Shown here piece by piece: positions 1 through 13,070 of a DNA stretch of 64,000 nt (the first letter of the stretch is position 1; each line of letters begins with the position of its first letter). The notes below the pieces were generated by a model. The model was given only the letters and a program-made list of their open reading frames with translations, made no database searches and was not told the origin of the DNA. Source of the stretch: Octopus sinensis (taxonomy: Eukaryota); NCBI RefSeq assembly GCF_006345805.1, contig NC_043022.1, positions 20,584,001-20,648,000 of the forward strand, in the 5' to 3' direction. The translations under genes were made by a program, and so were the position numbers.

Positions 1-153
1 GATAGCTTGATATATATGTTTTTTTGACCCGGCTTTGACCTGGCTTTACACAAACAGCTAGCAGTCATCATGACAGCTGGCTTTGTCATTGCCTTTATTC
101 ACCAAAAATACACATACACACACACACGCACGCACAAACACACTTGTCATCTT

Positions 154-186
<33 letters not shown>

Positions 187-330
187 CATTCCTTTATTTG
201 GAACTCTCTTGCATTATAAAACCATATTTCAGCTACCTTCAAATTCTGTTCTTTCAACATGTGATCTCTTAAGCACCACCAGCTCAAATATTTTCTCCTC
301 TGTCTTCCCTCCTTGGGACCTTTCCTTCTC

Positions 331-400
331 CTTGTTTCCGACGAAGAGCTCCGCTCGAAACGTTAAACCCTCCTCCCTTCTTTCCTGAGCGTCAATAATA
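331..400 (+). ncRNA. Minimal type I hammerhead-like motif (PLE pseudo-LTR type)
   Basis: CCGACGA-A-GAGC(tcc)GCTC-GAAA-CGTT...AGCGTC^; stem III ACGTT/AGCGT with GUC site; stem I only ~2 bp. Confidence 0.5.
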
Positions 401-474
401 CTTTAATTGTTCCACGTCCTGCGTTGCTGTGTTTTTTTTCTTTTTTTTCTGTGTTTTCTTGTTTGGATTAACTT

Positions 475-507
<33 letters not shown>

Positions 508-547
508 TATATATAGATATATATATATATATATATTATATATATAG

Positions 548-592
<45 letters not shown>

Positions 593-623
593 ATATATAT
601 ATATATATTATATATATTATTTA

Positions 624-689
<66 letters not shown>

Positions 690-719
690 TAATTTTGAAT
701 AAAAGCAGTTCTAATAATA

Positions 720-1130
720 TAGGATAGCAGCCTGGGAAGTGTTCCCTCTAAGACTAGGCATGGTAATTTACCTTCAAAATGACCAGAAATAGTAGATATT
801 GATATTTCACTATCTTTCAACTGATCAGTACCATAGACTCGGCACATCACGAAGTGGACTGAATCGCTGGTCCGATACATATATGCAAAAAGTGTAGAGT
901 CTATTTTCTGAATGCTGTGGCATAGTACAGGTGAAACAAACTTAAATTTTGAACACTCGTTGCCGTGAAGGGATGTTATCCCTGGGCGCTATCTCACAGA
1001 TAATGGGCAAATACACAAAATACATACACTATATATGTGATACAATATTGGAAACTTGTTCAAGGCTGGACAAGTGACCGGGACTGTTGGCAATTTGCGG
1101 TGCTTCAGAAGACACATCAAGTTTAGTGAA
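720..1130. repeat. Unclassified dispersed repeat, also at ~41520-41875 and ~44790-45240
   Basis: Shared gatagcagcctgggaa...cacatcacgaagt...ggtgaaacaaacttaaattttgaacac. Confidence 0.7.
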
Positions 1131-1405
1131 ATTGTTGTCGTGGCCAGTGCCAGTGACACATAAAAGACACCCATGCCTGTGACACATAAGAGTCACCCTT
1201 GCTGGTGATATGTGAGAGGCACTCATGCCAGTGACACGCATGAAGTACCCGTATCGGTGGCGCTCTGTGGAGTGGTTGGTGTTAGGAAGGGCATCCAGCA
1301 GTAGAAACCAAGCCAAAACGGAAGATTAGAGTTTGGTGCAGCTCTCAGGGTTACCAATTCAAGTCAAACCATCCAGCACATTCCAGCATGAAAAACGGAC
1401 ACAAA

Positions 1406-1452
<47 letters not shown>

Positions 1453-1634
1453 ATAATTTACACACACACATAGATATATCATCAGCATCAGCATCGTTTA
1501 ATGTCGGCTTTCCATGTTGGCATGGGTGGGACAAAATATATAGATATATATATATTCTTGTAAACATTTGTATTTGTTGCAATGAACCAGTGTTAGAATT
1601 GAACCCCTAATTTTACCATTTAATTCCATTGCAG

Positions 1635-1790
1635 GAACTGCAAGTGTAGCAAGAGCTTGGACTGCAAATTTCAACACATTGGTTGACTATAAAATCTCCA
1701 ATTTCCTAAACTCCACCATGCCAATTCATGTTGATTTCATAGCGGAATATCCCGATTTCTTTGCGTTGGGCCTCGTGGCATTACTTACAG
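1635..1790 (+). CDS. CAT-A exon 4 (156 nt, phase 1-1)
   Basis: ttgcag|GAACT...TTACAG|gtaag; [52 protein letters not shown]. Confidence 0.93.
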
Positions 1791-1849
1791 GTAAGAAAAC
1801 TAAAAATCACTACACACCACGCGTTTTAAACTGACTATTTGCCTTGCAA

Positions 1850-1938
<89 letters not shown>

Positions 1939-4900
1939 TGTGTAATGTACTGATCCGTGTCAGAAAATTCAACCAAAAATGTACTCTGTCTGATGATCGA
2001 TAAATGTTATTTATTTAAAGCTCACAAAACATGTATTAAAGCGCTCTTAATAGTTTCATACGTTGAAAAACTTAGACATATTCCTCAGGCGCAACCCATA
2101 TATCATAACGAACTAAAGAGATTGAATATTCAATGTATTTATGGTGGGGGAGGGATAAGAATCTTAAAAAAAATTTTTGGTTCCTATCGTATGAATTCCT
2201 GTGTGTAGAATACCAAATAAAGACAAATTTTCTGAAAATTCCAGAAAAAAAAAGTTATGTGGTGTTTAAACAAGAATTCCACCAGTTATTTCTCAAAAAT
2301 TTTCAGAATTATTGCAAATGAGCTTAAAAGCTGCACTCCGAGTGGACATTTGAGCTAGCTCCTGTAAAGGGCTGATTGGGCCTGTGGCTCAAAACTAAAG
2401 AGATCAATACTAATAAAGAATTTATTGGATACCTACCAATATGTTATTACTATAAATTCAGTTAAAATGAAAAACTTCTAAATCCACAAATTTTGGGAGT
2501 TCTTTTAAAATTTGAATTTTCAACTGTTAGCACAACATACCCTCCTCCAAACCTGATCCCAATGCTGGATGTTTAAGAACCAGATGAAGGGCAGATTTTC
2601 AATCCTGGGTTCATCCTGATTCCAAAATGGTATAGACAGACAGGCATACAGAATTTCATTTTTATTATTATAGATGTAGGCAGTGTAATTCAACTGAAAT
2701 ATAATTTAACAATAGTGTTAACATATCATTCTATCAAATCTATTTTACCAGTTGTTCTTGCTGTCGGAGTGAAACAATCTACAATGTTCAACAGTATTTT
2801 TACAGTCCTCAATCTCTTTGTACTTACCTATGTTATCATCTGTGGATTTTTCAACGTTGACTTTAAGAACTGGAGCATTGACAAAAGTGAAGTAAGTTTT
2901 TCACAAAGTCTATTTTATTACTGACATACTTGCATATCAAGTTATTGCCAATCTTTTGCTGATTGCAGAATTGATAAAACATCAGACAAAAATTGCTTTA
3001 TATTCATTTCAAGTTGGTTTCAAATTTTGACAGAAACCAACAACTGCAAGGGAGGCGGTAGGTCAACTACAGTGACCCGTGTTCAACTGGTACTTATTTT
3101 GAACACCTGTTGCAGTGAAGGGATGTTTAAGAACCAATGCCTATTAATATCAATTGAAAAAGAAAATGACTCTGTAGACTGTCTTGACGTTAACTTTAAC
3201 CTTAAAACAGGTATTCACCAACCTTTTCAAAAACCTAACGTTAGCATTAGATATATAAATGTGAATAGTAATCATCCACATAATATATAGAACCTTAGTA
3301 TGAATATCGAGAGAAGAATCAATCATCTGTCTTCAAACGAAGAAGTATTTGATAAACACAAAGATTATTGCAATAAAGCACTTGAGAATGTAGGATATAA
3401 TTATGAAATTAAGTACAATAAGAATTGCAACATCATGGCAAATTAAAAATAGGAACAAGTATCATAATAATAATTGCAGAAGAAAAATGTAGTATACCAG
3501 GAAACAATAATAACTCAGCATATGACTAAGTTCTATTATATCAGACCGACGCAAAATTGGATTAAATTAAGAATCGCAAACCGTGAATCGACATTCGGGG
3601 ACCAAAACAAAATGAATAGTACAGGACTTTCAAAGAAAATATGGCATCCCAAAAAACAAAGCTAACTTCACAATCAAATGGAGCATTTTAGCACATGCCC
3701 CTTGTTACAAAATTAACAATAGATTCTGTAAATTATGCCGTGAGGAAAACTATGAAATAATGAAAAGAAAAGGGAACCTAGTTAATACGAGGAATGAAAA
3801 AGTATTTTCATGTAGACACATAGGAAGGTACCTGTCTATTAAACTAAAGTGATTTATTGATACGATTGAATGTCACCTAAACATCATTAAAAAAAATATA
3901 TATAGACATAACATCACATATATTAAAAGCTAAATTGAACTATACAACTGAAGAATTCTAACAAATCTATAATGCCCCAATAACTGAAATTAACTAATTG
4001 ATTTATAACCAAACAAAATTACCATAATAGCTTACTTGAACCCATTAGTTTTTTTTTTAATATGTATATCTATGTTTTTAAGTATGAAATATCCATAGAT
4101 TGAATATCCATGTTTAAGTATGAAATACCTATAGATTTACGTATACGATCAGATCCAGTTCTGAAGGTATATATATTTTTCTGATTGTAAATGCAGACGA
4201 TCTTAACACCCAAGTTTGGAGAACCAACATATTTGTACCTGTATTTCAAAGGGCCAGCCTTGTCACACTCTGTGTCATGCTGTATCTCCCTGTGAACAAC
4301 GTTAAGGGTGCCCATGTCTGTGGAGTGCTCAGCCACTTTCACGTTAATCTCACGAGCCGGCTGTTCCGTTGATTGGATCAACTGGAACCCTCGTCGTCGT
4401 AACCGACGGAGTCCCGTTGTAGTAATCTATTGCAGGTATATCTAGGGTAATGATAGTAGTTTCATGTCATATTGCATACCTTAATCTCTTTTAGGTATCC
4501 CAGGATATATTGATGGTGGCTTTGTATAGGTTAAAACAAATCTTTTTCTCTATTTCAGGTACCCCCTGGGTACGGTGAGGGTGGGTTCATGCCTTATGGC
4601 ATCTCCGGAATGTTGTCTGGTGCTGCTACATGTTTCTATGGATTTGTTGGATTTGACTGTATTGCTACCACAGGTGAGTTACATTCGAGTCTGTTATCAT
4701 TACTCGTGAGTTACATCTGAGTCTATTCTTATTACGGATGAGTTACACTTGTGTGTATTCTCATTACTGGTGAGTTATACTTGAGTTTGTTGTCATTAAT
4801 AATGAGCAATACATGAGTGCAAACTCATTACTGATGAGTATCACTTCAGTGTGTAACCATTACAGGTAAGTTACACTTGAGTCTCTTCTTAATAGTGATG

Positions 4901-7126
4901 AATATACACTCGTCTGTTGTCATCACTGTTAAGTTACACTCCATCCTTTCACCTTTACTGGTGAGTTACACTTTAGTGTGCTGTTATTACTGGTGAGTTC
5001 ACTCCAGTGTGTTATCATTACGGGTAAGTTTCACATCAATGTGTTGTCATTAATGGTGAGTTACACTCCAGTCTATTATCATTACTGGTGAGTTACACTT
5101 TTTGTCTGTTCTCATTGCTGGTCTACTCAACACATGTTTGTCGTCATAGCTGGGGAATTACACTCGAGTCTTTCATCATTGGTGGTGATATGTCATATTT
5201 CTGTGGAAGATATCAGACATGTGCTTAGCAGCTGCCCGAATGTATAATCAAAATACTACCTCCCTATAACAATATATTATAGGCGTAGGAGTGGCTGTGT
5301 GGTAAGTAGCTTGCTTACCAACCACATGGTTCCGGGTTCAGTCCCACTGCGTGGTACCTTGGGCAAGTGTCTTCTACTATAGCCTCAGACCGATCAAAGA
5401 CTTGTGAGTGGATTTCGTAGACGGAAACTTCTTGGACTTCCATCTGGATTTCTTCACAAATAATTTTGGAGCAGTGTCTGATGAACACGGTGAAGGATTT
5501 CACCAGGACATTAGTGCCATGGAGAAACGGTACCAAAGCTTCTGGAATGACAGATGCTGACTGACTACTGCTGGACACTTAACTGTGATCAACCAGATCA
5601 GGAACACCGCAGGAAATTCAAAGCACAATGCTTCTAACTCCATTGTTCTAGCCTTGTCTGTTTTGTCCGACCCATTTTTTGTGTATTCACGCTTTGTAGA
5701 ATGATAGTGATGATTTTTAGTTCAATAAACTAATTTACTTTCTAAAAATAGTATGACCTTAATTATAACGTTAATGATTTCATATATACAAATATGTAGG
5801 TATTTGCATATCTACTGAAAAACTGATATGAGGTGCATAGAAATGGGGTGAAGGCGACGAGCTGGCAGAAACGTTAGCACACCAGGCGAAATGCTTAGGA
5901 GTATTTCGTCTGCCGCTATATTCTGAGTTCAAATTCCGCCGAGGTCGACTTTGCCTTTCATCCTTTCGGGGCCGATTAAATACGTACCAGTTACGCACTG
6001 GGGTCGATATAATCGACTTAATCCGTTTGTCTGTCCTTGTTTGTCCTCTCTGTGTTTAGCCGCTTGTGGGTAGTAAAGAAATAGGTATTTCGTCTGCCGT
6101 TACGTTCTGAGTTCAAATTCCGCCGAGGTCGACTTTGCCTTTCATCCTTTCGGGGTCGATAAATTAAGTACCAGTTGCGCACTGGGGTCGGATAATCGAC
6201 TTAATCCGTTTGTCTGTCCTTGTTTGTCCTCTCTGTGTTTATCCCTTGTGGGTAGTAAAGAAATAGGTATTTCGTCTGCCGTTACGTTCTGAGTTCAAAT
6301 TCCGCCGAGGTCGACTTGCCTTTCATCCTTTCGGGGTCGATAAATTAAGTACCAGTTGCGCACTGGGGTCGATATAATCGACTTAATCCTTTGTCTGTCT
6401 TGTTTGCCCCCTCTATGCTTAGCCCCTGGTGGGTAGTAAAGAAATCAGAAATGAAGTGAAATTTGAAATCAGTCTAAGAATTTTGAAATTAGTCTAAAAA
6501 AGTTGGTTGCATTCAATAAACATAATACATTTAATCTTGTTGACCAGTATTATCAGCCAATAACTCTGAAGTAATTATTCCTTGTTATCGATCGTTTTAA
6601 TCTGTTGCTGGTTCTCCAGTTTTGTAGGAGGAGTAATTTCCGATTGGATTAATCTGTTGCTTTGTGAATGAGTAATTTCAGCTCGTTACACAAAGTAATT
6701 GGCATGCGATCTCATTACAGTTTCTGCTGTGTTAATTATGCAATTCATTGTATTTGGTTTCTGAGACTTTCTATTTTATCTTTTGCTTGCTTCGGTCATT
6801 GAACTATGGCCATGCTGGAGCACCACCCTGAAGAATTTTAAAGTTGAGTGAATCGCACTCCACTACTATTTATTTATTTATTTATTTATTTTGTTAAGAC
6901 TAGTACTTATTCTATCGGTCTCTTTTACTGAAGCACTAACTTAGAAGGACATAAACACACCAACACCAGTTGTCAAGTGGTGGTAGAGGACAAGCATAGA
7001 CTCAAAGACACACACATACACATCGTCGTCGTCGTCGTTGTCATTTAACATCCATTGCCCATGTTCGCATGGGTTGGATGGTTTGAGCAGAGCTGGCAAG
7101 CTGGAAGGTTGTACAAGACACTATAT

Positions 7127-7158
<32 letters not shown>

Positions 7159-7334
7159 CCCTCTTTCAACTTCGCCTATGCGATTTTGGGAAACGTTTCT
7201 ACAATATATATATACCAGGTGTAAAACATTCCTTTTATTATCCCTTATATATATATATATATATATATATAGTATATATATATATATTATATATGTATGT
7301 ATGTATGTATGTAGGTGTGTGTGTGTGTGTGTGT

Positions 7335-7370
<36 letters not shown>

Positions 7371-10300
7371 ATGTTTTTTTCCAATCATTCGNNNNNNNNN
7401 NNNNNNNNNNNNNNNNNNNNNNNNNNNNNNNNNNNNNNNNNNNNNNNNNNNNNNNNNNNNNNNNNNNNNNNNNNNNNNNNNNNNNNNNNNNTCCGTTGTA
7501 GTAATCTATTGCAGGTATATCTAGGGTAATGATAGTAGTTTCATGTCATATTGCATACCTTAATCTCTTTTAGGTATCCCAGGATATATTGATGGTGGCT
7601 TTGTATAGGTTAAAACAAATCTTTTTCTCTATTTCAGGTACCCCCTGGGTACGGTGAGGGTGGGTTCATGCCTTATGGCATCTCCGGAATGTTGTCTGGT
7701 GCTGCTACATGTTTCTATGGATTTGTTGGATTTGACTGTATTGCTACCACAGGTGAGTTACATTCGAGTCTGTTATCATTACTCGTGAGTTACATCTGAG
7801 TCTATTCTTATTACGGATGAGTTACACTTGTGTGTATTCTCATTACTGGTGAGTTATACTTGAGTTTGTTGTCATTAATAATGAGCAATACATGAGTGCA
7901 AACTCATTACTGATGAGTATCACTTCAGTGTGTAACCATTACAGGTAAGTTACACTTGAGTCTCTTCTTAATAGTGATGAATATACACTCGTCTGTTGTC
8001 ATCACTGTTAAGTTACACTCCATCCTTTCACCTTTACTGGTGAGTTACACTTTAGTGTGCTGTTATTACTGGTGAGTTCACTCCAGTGTGTTATCATTAC
8101 GGGTAAGTTTCACATCAATGTGTTGTCATTAATGGTGAGTTACACTCCAGTCTATTATCATTACTGGTGAGTTACACTTTTTGTCTGTTCTCATTGCTGG
8201 TCTACTCAACACATGTTTGTCGTCATAGCTGGGGAATTACACTCGAGTCTTTCATCATTGGTGGTGATATGTCATATTTCTGTGGAAGATATCAGACATG
8301 TGCTTAGCAGCTGCCCGAATGTATAATCAAAATACTACCTCCCTATAACAATATATTATAGGCGTAGGAGTGGCTGTGTGGTAAGTAGCTTGCTTACCAA
8401 CCACATGGTTCCGGGTTCAGTCCCACTGCGTGGTACCTTGGGCAAGTGTCTTCTACTATAGCCTCAGACCGATCAAAGACTTGTGAGTGGATTTCGTAGA
8501 CGGAAACTTCTTGGACTTCCATCTGGATTTCTTCACAAATAATTTTGGAGCAGTGTCTGATGAACACGGTGAAGGATTTCACCAGGACATTAGTGCCATG
8601 GAGAAACGGTACCAAAGCTTCTGGAATGACAGATGCTGACTGACTACTGCTGGACACTTAACTGTGATCAACCAGATCAGGAACACCGCAGGAAATTCAA
8701 AGCACAATGCTTCTAACTCCATTGTTCTAGCCTTGTCTGTTTTGTCCGACCCATTTTTTGTGTATTCACGCTTTGTAGAATGATAGTGATGATTTTTAGT
8801 TCAATAAACTAATTTACTTTCTAAAAATAGTATGACCTTAATTATAACGTTAATGATTTCATATATACAAATATGTAGGTATTTGCATATCTACTGAAAA
8901 ACTGATATGAGGTGCATAGAAATGGGGTGAAGGCGACGAGCTGGCAGAAACGTTAGCACACCAGGCGAAATGCTTAGGAGTATTTCGTCTGCCGCTATAT
9001 TCTGAGTTCAAATTCCGCCGAGGTCGACTTTGCCTTTCATCCTTTCGGGGCCGATTAAATACGTACCAGTTCGCACTGGGGTCGATATAATCGACTAATC
9101 CGTTGTCTGTCCTTGTTTGTCCTCTCTGTGTTTAGCCGCTTGTGGGTAGTAAAGAAATAGGTATTTCGTCTGCCGTTACGTTCTGAGTTCAAATTCCGCC
9201 GAGGTCGACTTTGCCTTTCATCCTTTCGGGGTCGATAAATTAAGTACCAGTTGCGCACTGGGGTCGAGATAATCGACTTAATCCGTTTGTCTGTCCTTGT
9301 TTGTCCTCTCTGTGTTTATCCCCTTGTGGGTAGTAAAGAAATAGGTATTTCGTCTGCCGTTACGTTCTGAGTTCAAATTCCGCCGAGGTCGACTTTGCCT
9401 TTCATCCTTTCGGGGTCGATAAATTAAGTACCAGTTGCGCACTGGGGTCGATATAATCGACTTAATCCCTTTGTCTGTCCTTGTTTGCCCCCTCTATGCT
9501 TAGCCCCTGGTGGGTAGTAAAGAAATCAGAAATGAAGTGAAATTTTGAAATCAGTCTAAGAATTTTGAAATTAGTCTAAAAAAGTTGGTTGGCATTCATA
9601 ATAAACATAATACATTTAATCTTGTTGACCAGTATTATCAGCCAATAACTCTGAAGTAATTATTCCTTGTTATCGATCGTTTTAATCTGTTGCTGGTTCT
9701 CCAGTTTTGTAGGAGGAGTAATTTCCGATTGGATTAATCTGTTGCTTTGTGAATGAGTAATTTCAGCTCGTTACACAAAGTAATTGGCATGCGATCTCAT
9801 TACAGTTTCTGCTGTGTTAATTATGCAATTCATTGTATTTGGTTTCTGAGACTTTCTATTTTATCTTTTGCTTGCTTCGGTCATTGAACTATGGCCATGC
9901 TGGAGCACCACCCTGAAGAATTTTAAAGTTGAGTGAATCGCACTCCACTACTATTTATTTATTTATTTATTTATTTTGTTAAGACTAGTACTTATTCTAT
10001 CGGTCTCTTTTACTGAAGCACTAACTTAGAAGGACATAAACACACCAACACCAGTTGTCAAGTGGTGGTAGAGGACAAGCATAGACTCAAAGACACACAC
10101 ATACACATCGTCGTCGTCGTCGTTGTCATTTAACATCCATTGCCCATGTTCGATGGGTGGATGGTTTGAGCAGAGCTGGCAAGCTGGAAGGTTGTACAAG
10201 ACAATATTATATGTGTGATATATATATATATATATATACCCTCTTTCAACTTCGCCTATGCGATTTTGGGAAACGTTTCTACAATATATATATACCAGGT

Positions 10301-10414
10301 GTAAAACATTCCTTTTATTATCCCTTATATATATATATATATATATATATAGTATATATATATATATTATATATGTATGTATGTATGTATGTAGGTGTGT
10401 GTGTGTGTGTGTGT

Positions 10415-10450
<36 letters not shown>

Positions 10451-12681
10451 ATGTTTTTTTCCAATCATTCGCCATGTTGGGCTGCTGAAATCTACAAGTT
10501 TTTTTTTTCGTTCTCTTTCTGTTTATTTTCTCTTATTCCTTTCTGTTGAGGAGCGTAGGCTCGAAACATAAAAGACTTTTTCATTTTTCCCGAACATCAA
10601 ACTAATACACTTGCTTGTTGTTCATAACACCTATCTTCACCTTTTTGTTTTTCCATAAATTTCAACTATATATTTCAGGCTCGTGGGGTCATCCCAGTTT
10701 GACCCTAACTGAACTTCCTGCTCTTTGGACATGTATATCTGAACCACTTCCTGAACTTTCAGCACCTCTCTTTTTATTTCTTTTAATTTTTTTTATTTTT
10801 TTATTTTTCAGGTGAAGAAGCCAAAAACCCTCAGAAAGCCATCCCCATCAGTATCATCATCAGCCTCTTCATTGTGTTCATCTTCTACTTCTTGATATCC
10901 CTTGTTCTGACCACGATGTCTCCTTATTATCTGCTAGATGCTAGTGCTTCTTTACCGTTTGTCTTTGAGAGAATTGGATGGACCATTGCCAAATACGTGA
11001 TCGCAATTGGCGGCATTTGTGCTCTGACTGCCAGGTAAACAGTTCTTGAAGCTCTCCATAGTGTTCATGTTCTTTGGCTTAGGAAATGGTTTTTGTATTT
11101 TATTCAGGAATGGCTATGCGATTAAGAAGTTTGCTTCCTGGCCACATGGTCACAGAATCGATTACACACATACATAGGTACACACATACACATACGTACA
11201 CACATATACGCACGCACAAATACATACACACGTACACACACACACATAAACACACACAAACACACTACATACATACGCATACAAACATACACACATACGC
11301 ATATACAAACTTATACACACACACAGACATGCTCGCATACACACACATAGGCATACACACACATACACACACACATAGACAAGCATACACACACATACAC
11401 ACATACACACACATACGCACACACACACTTGCACACACACGTACATACACACGTACACACACACATACACACACATACACACACACATACACACACACAT
11501 ACACACACATACACACACACATACACACAACACACGCACTATCTTTGATGTACTATAACGTAATATAGGCGGGAGTGATTTTTTTGAAATACTTCTTTGG
11601 TAAAATTGTACATCATGGAAGACATCAAATATGGAAGCTTACTTTCTTCTCTATCTCTATCACTCTCCCGCTCTCTCTTGCTCTCTCTCTTACTCTCTTT
11701 CTTACTCTCTCTCTTACTCTCTCTCTCTCTCTCTCTCCATCTCTCTCACTCTATCGCTATATTTCTTTTACTCTCTATCTCTTTCTCCTTTGCTGTCTTG
11801 TTCTACCCATCTCCTGTTCTCTCCCTCTCCTGCTCTCTCTCTCTCTCTCTTGGTCTTTATTTCTCTCTCTTGCTGTCCTGCTCTCCCCCACTTGCTCTCT
11901 ATCGCTTTCTCGCTCTCTCTCTTCTCTGTCTCTATTTCTCTATCTCTCTTGTACTCTCTCCTCTCTCTCTCTTTCTCTCTCTCTTTATCTCCTCTGTCTC
12001 TCTGTCTCTGTGTCCTCTGTCTCCTATCTCTCTCTCCTATCTACTCTACATCTCTTTCTCTCTCTACTCTCTCTATCTCCTCTTTCTATCTATCCCTCTC
12101 TCTCTCTCTCTTACTCTCTCTTTTCCTCTTTCTTTTCCCTAACTCTTTCTCTCCTTTCTCTCCCCCTCTCTATTTTTCTGTTTCACTATACATACAGACA
12201 CACATACACACATAAATACATTTATTCACCACTATGATCGAAGATATTCCAATGATGACCACCACCACAACCACTATAATATTTTATATCCCCACCAACC
12301 TCTTTATATATTTCAGCATGGTAGGTTCAATATTCCCCTTACCCAGGGTTGTGTATGCAATGGCTGAGGACCGCATAATCTTTGGTAATCTTTCTAAAGT
12401 ATCAGACAGGTTCAAGACCCCTGTCCTGGCAACGTTGGTCGCTGGACTCTTTGCAGGTCATTCAACTTCTACTTTATTTATTTATTTGTCTGTCTCCCAG
12501 TCTGCCTGTCTGTCAGTCTCTCATTCTATCTGTCTGTCTCTCAGTCTGTCTGTCCGATTGTCCATCTGTCTGGCTATCTGTGTGTCTACATATATATAGA
12601 TGTCTGAGTGTCTATATGTTTCTAGCTGTCTGTTTGTATATCTGTTGTCTGTCTGTCTATCTGCTTATAGTGTTGTATGTA

Positions 12682-12731
<50 letters not shown>

Positions 12732-12871
12732 CTGTGTTCCTTTCTGTGGAAAAGCGTAGGCTTGAAACGTTAAAGACTTTTTCACTTCTCAAGCATTAAA
12801 CTAATACATCTGTTTGTTGTCTACACTACCTGTCTTCGTCTTTTGTTTTTTGGTGAATTCTCTCCCTATAT

Positions 12872-12920
<49 letters not shown>

Positions 12921-13039
12921 GTACATATACATACCTGTATATCTGTCAGTCTGAGTGTCTACATATATGTGCCTCTGATCTGTTTGTTTTATTTCTATCT
13001 ATGTGTCTGTCTCTCTATCTATCTGCTTATACTGTTTTG

Positions 13040-13070
<31 letters not shown>

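Noticed and set aside
3150-3850. Selenoprotein-type Naiad (in-frame TGA recoding)
   Set aside because: The fragment has TAA/TAG stops and frameshifts, and I saw no SECIS
3930-4020. Hammerhead in the Naiad pseudo-LTR (ctgaaga...gaaattaactaatt)
   Set aside because: Stems I and II do not pair convincingly; at best a decayed relic
4674-5200. CRISPR-like array (also the 63-bp and 184-bp arrays)
   Set aside because: Contiguous degenerate tandem units with no unique spacers, in eukaryotic intronic context, with no cas genes
7638-7752. Second exon 6 as a mutually exclusive or duplicated exon
   Set aside because: Identical to 4559-4673 and lies within a gap-flanking overlap; most likely an artefact
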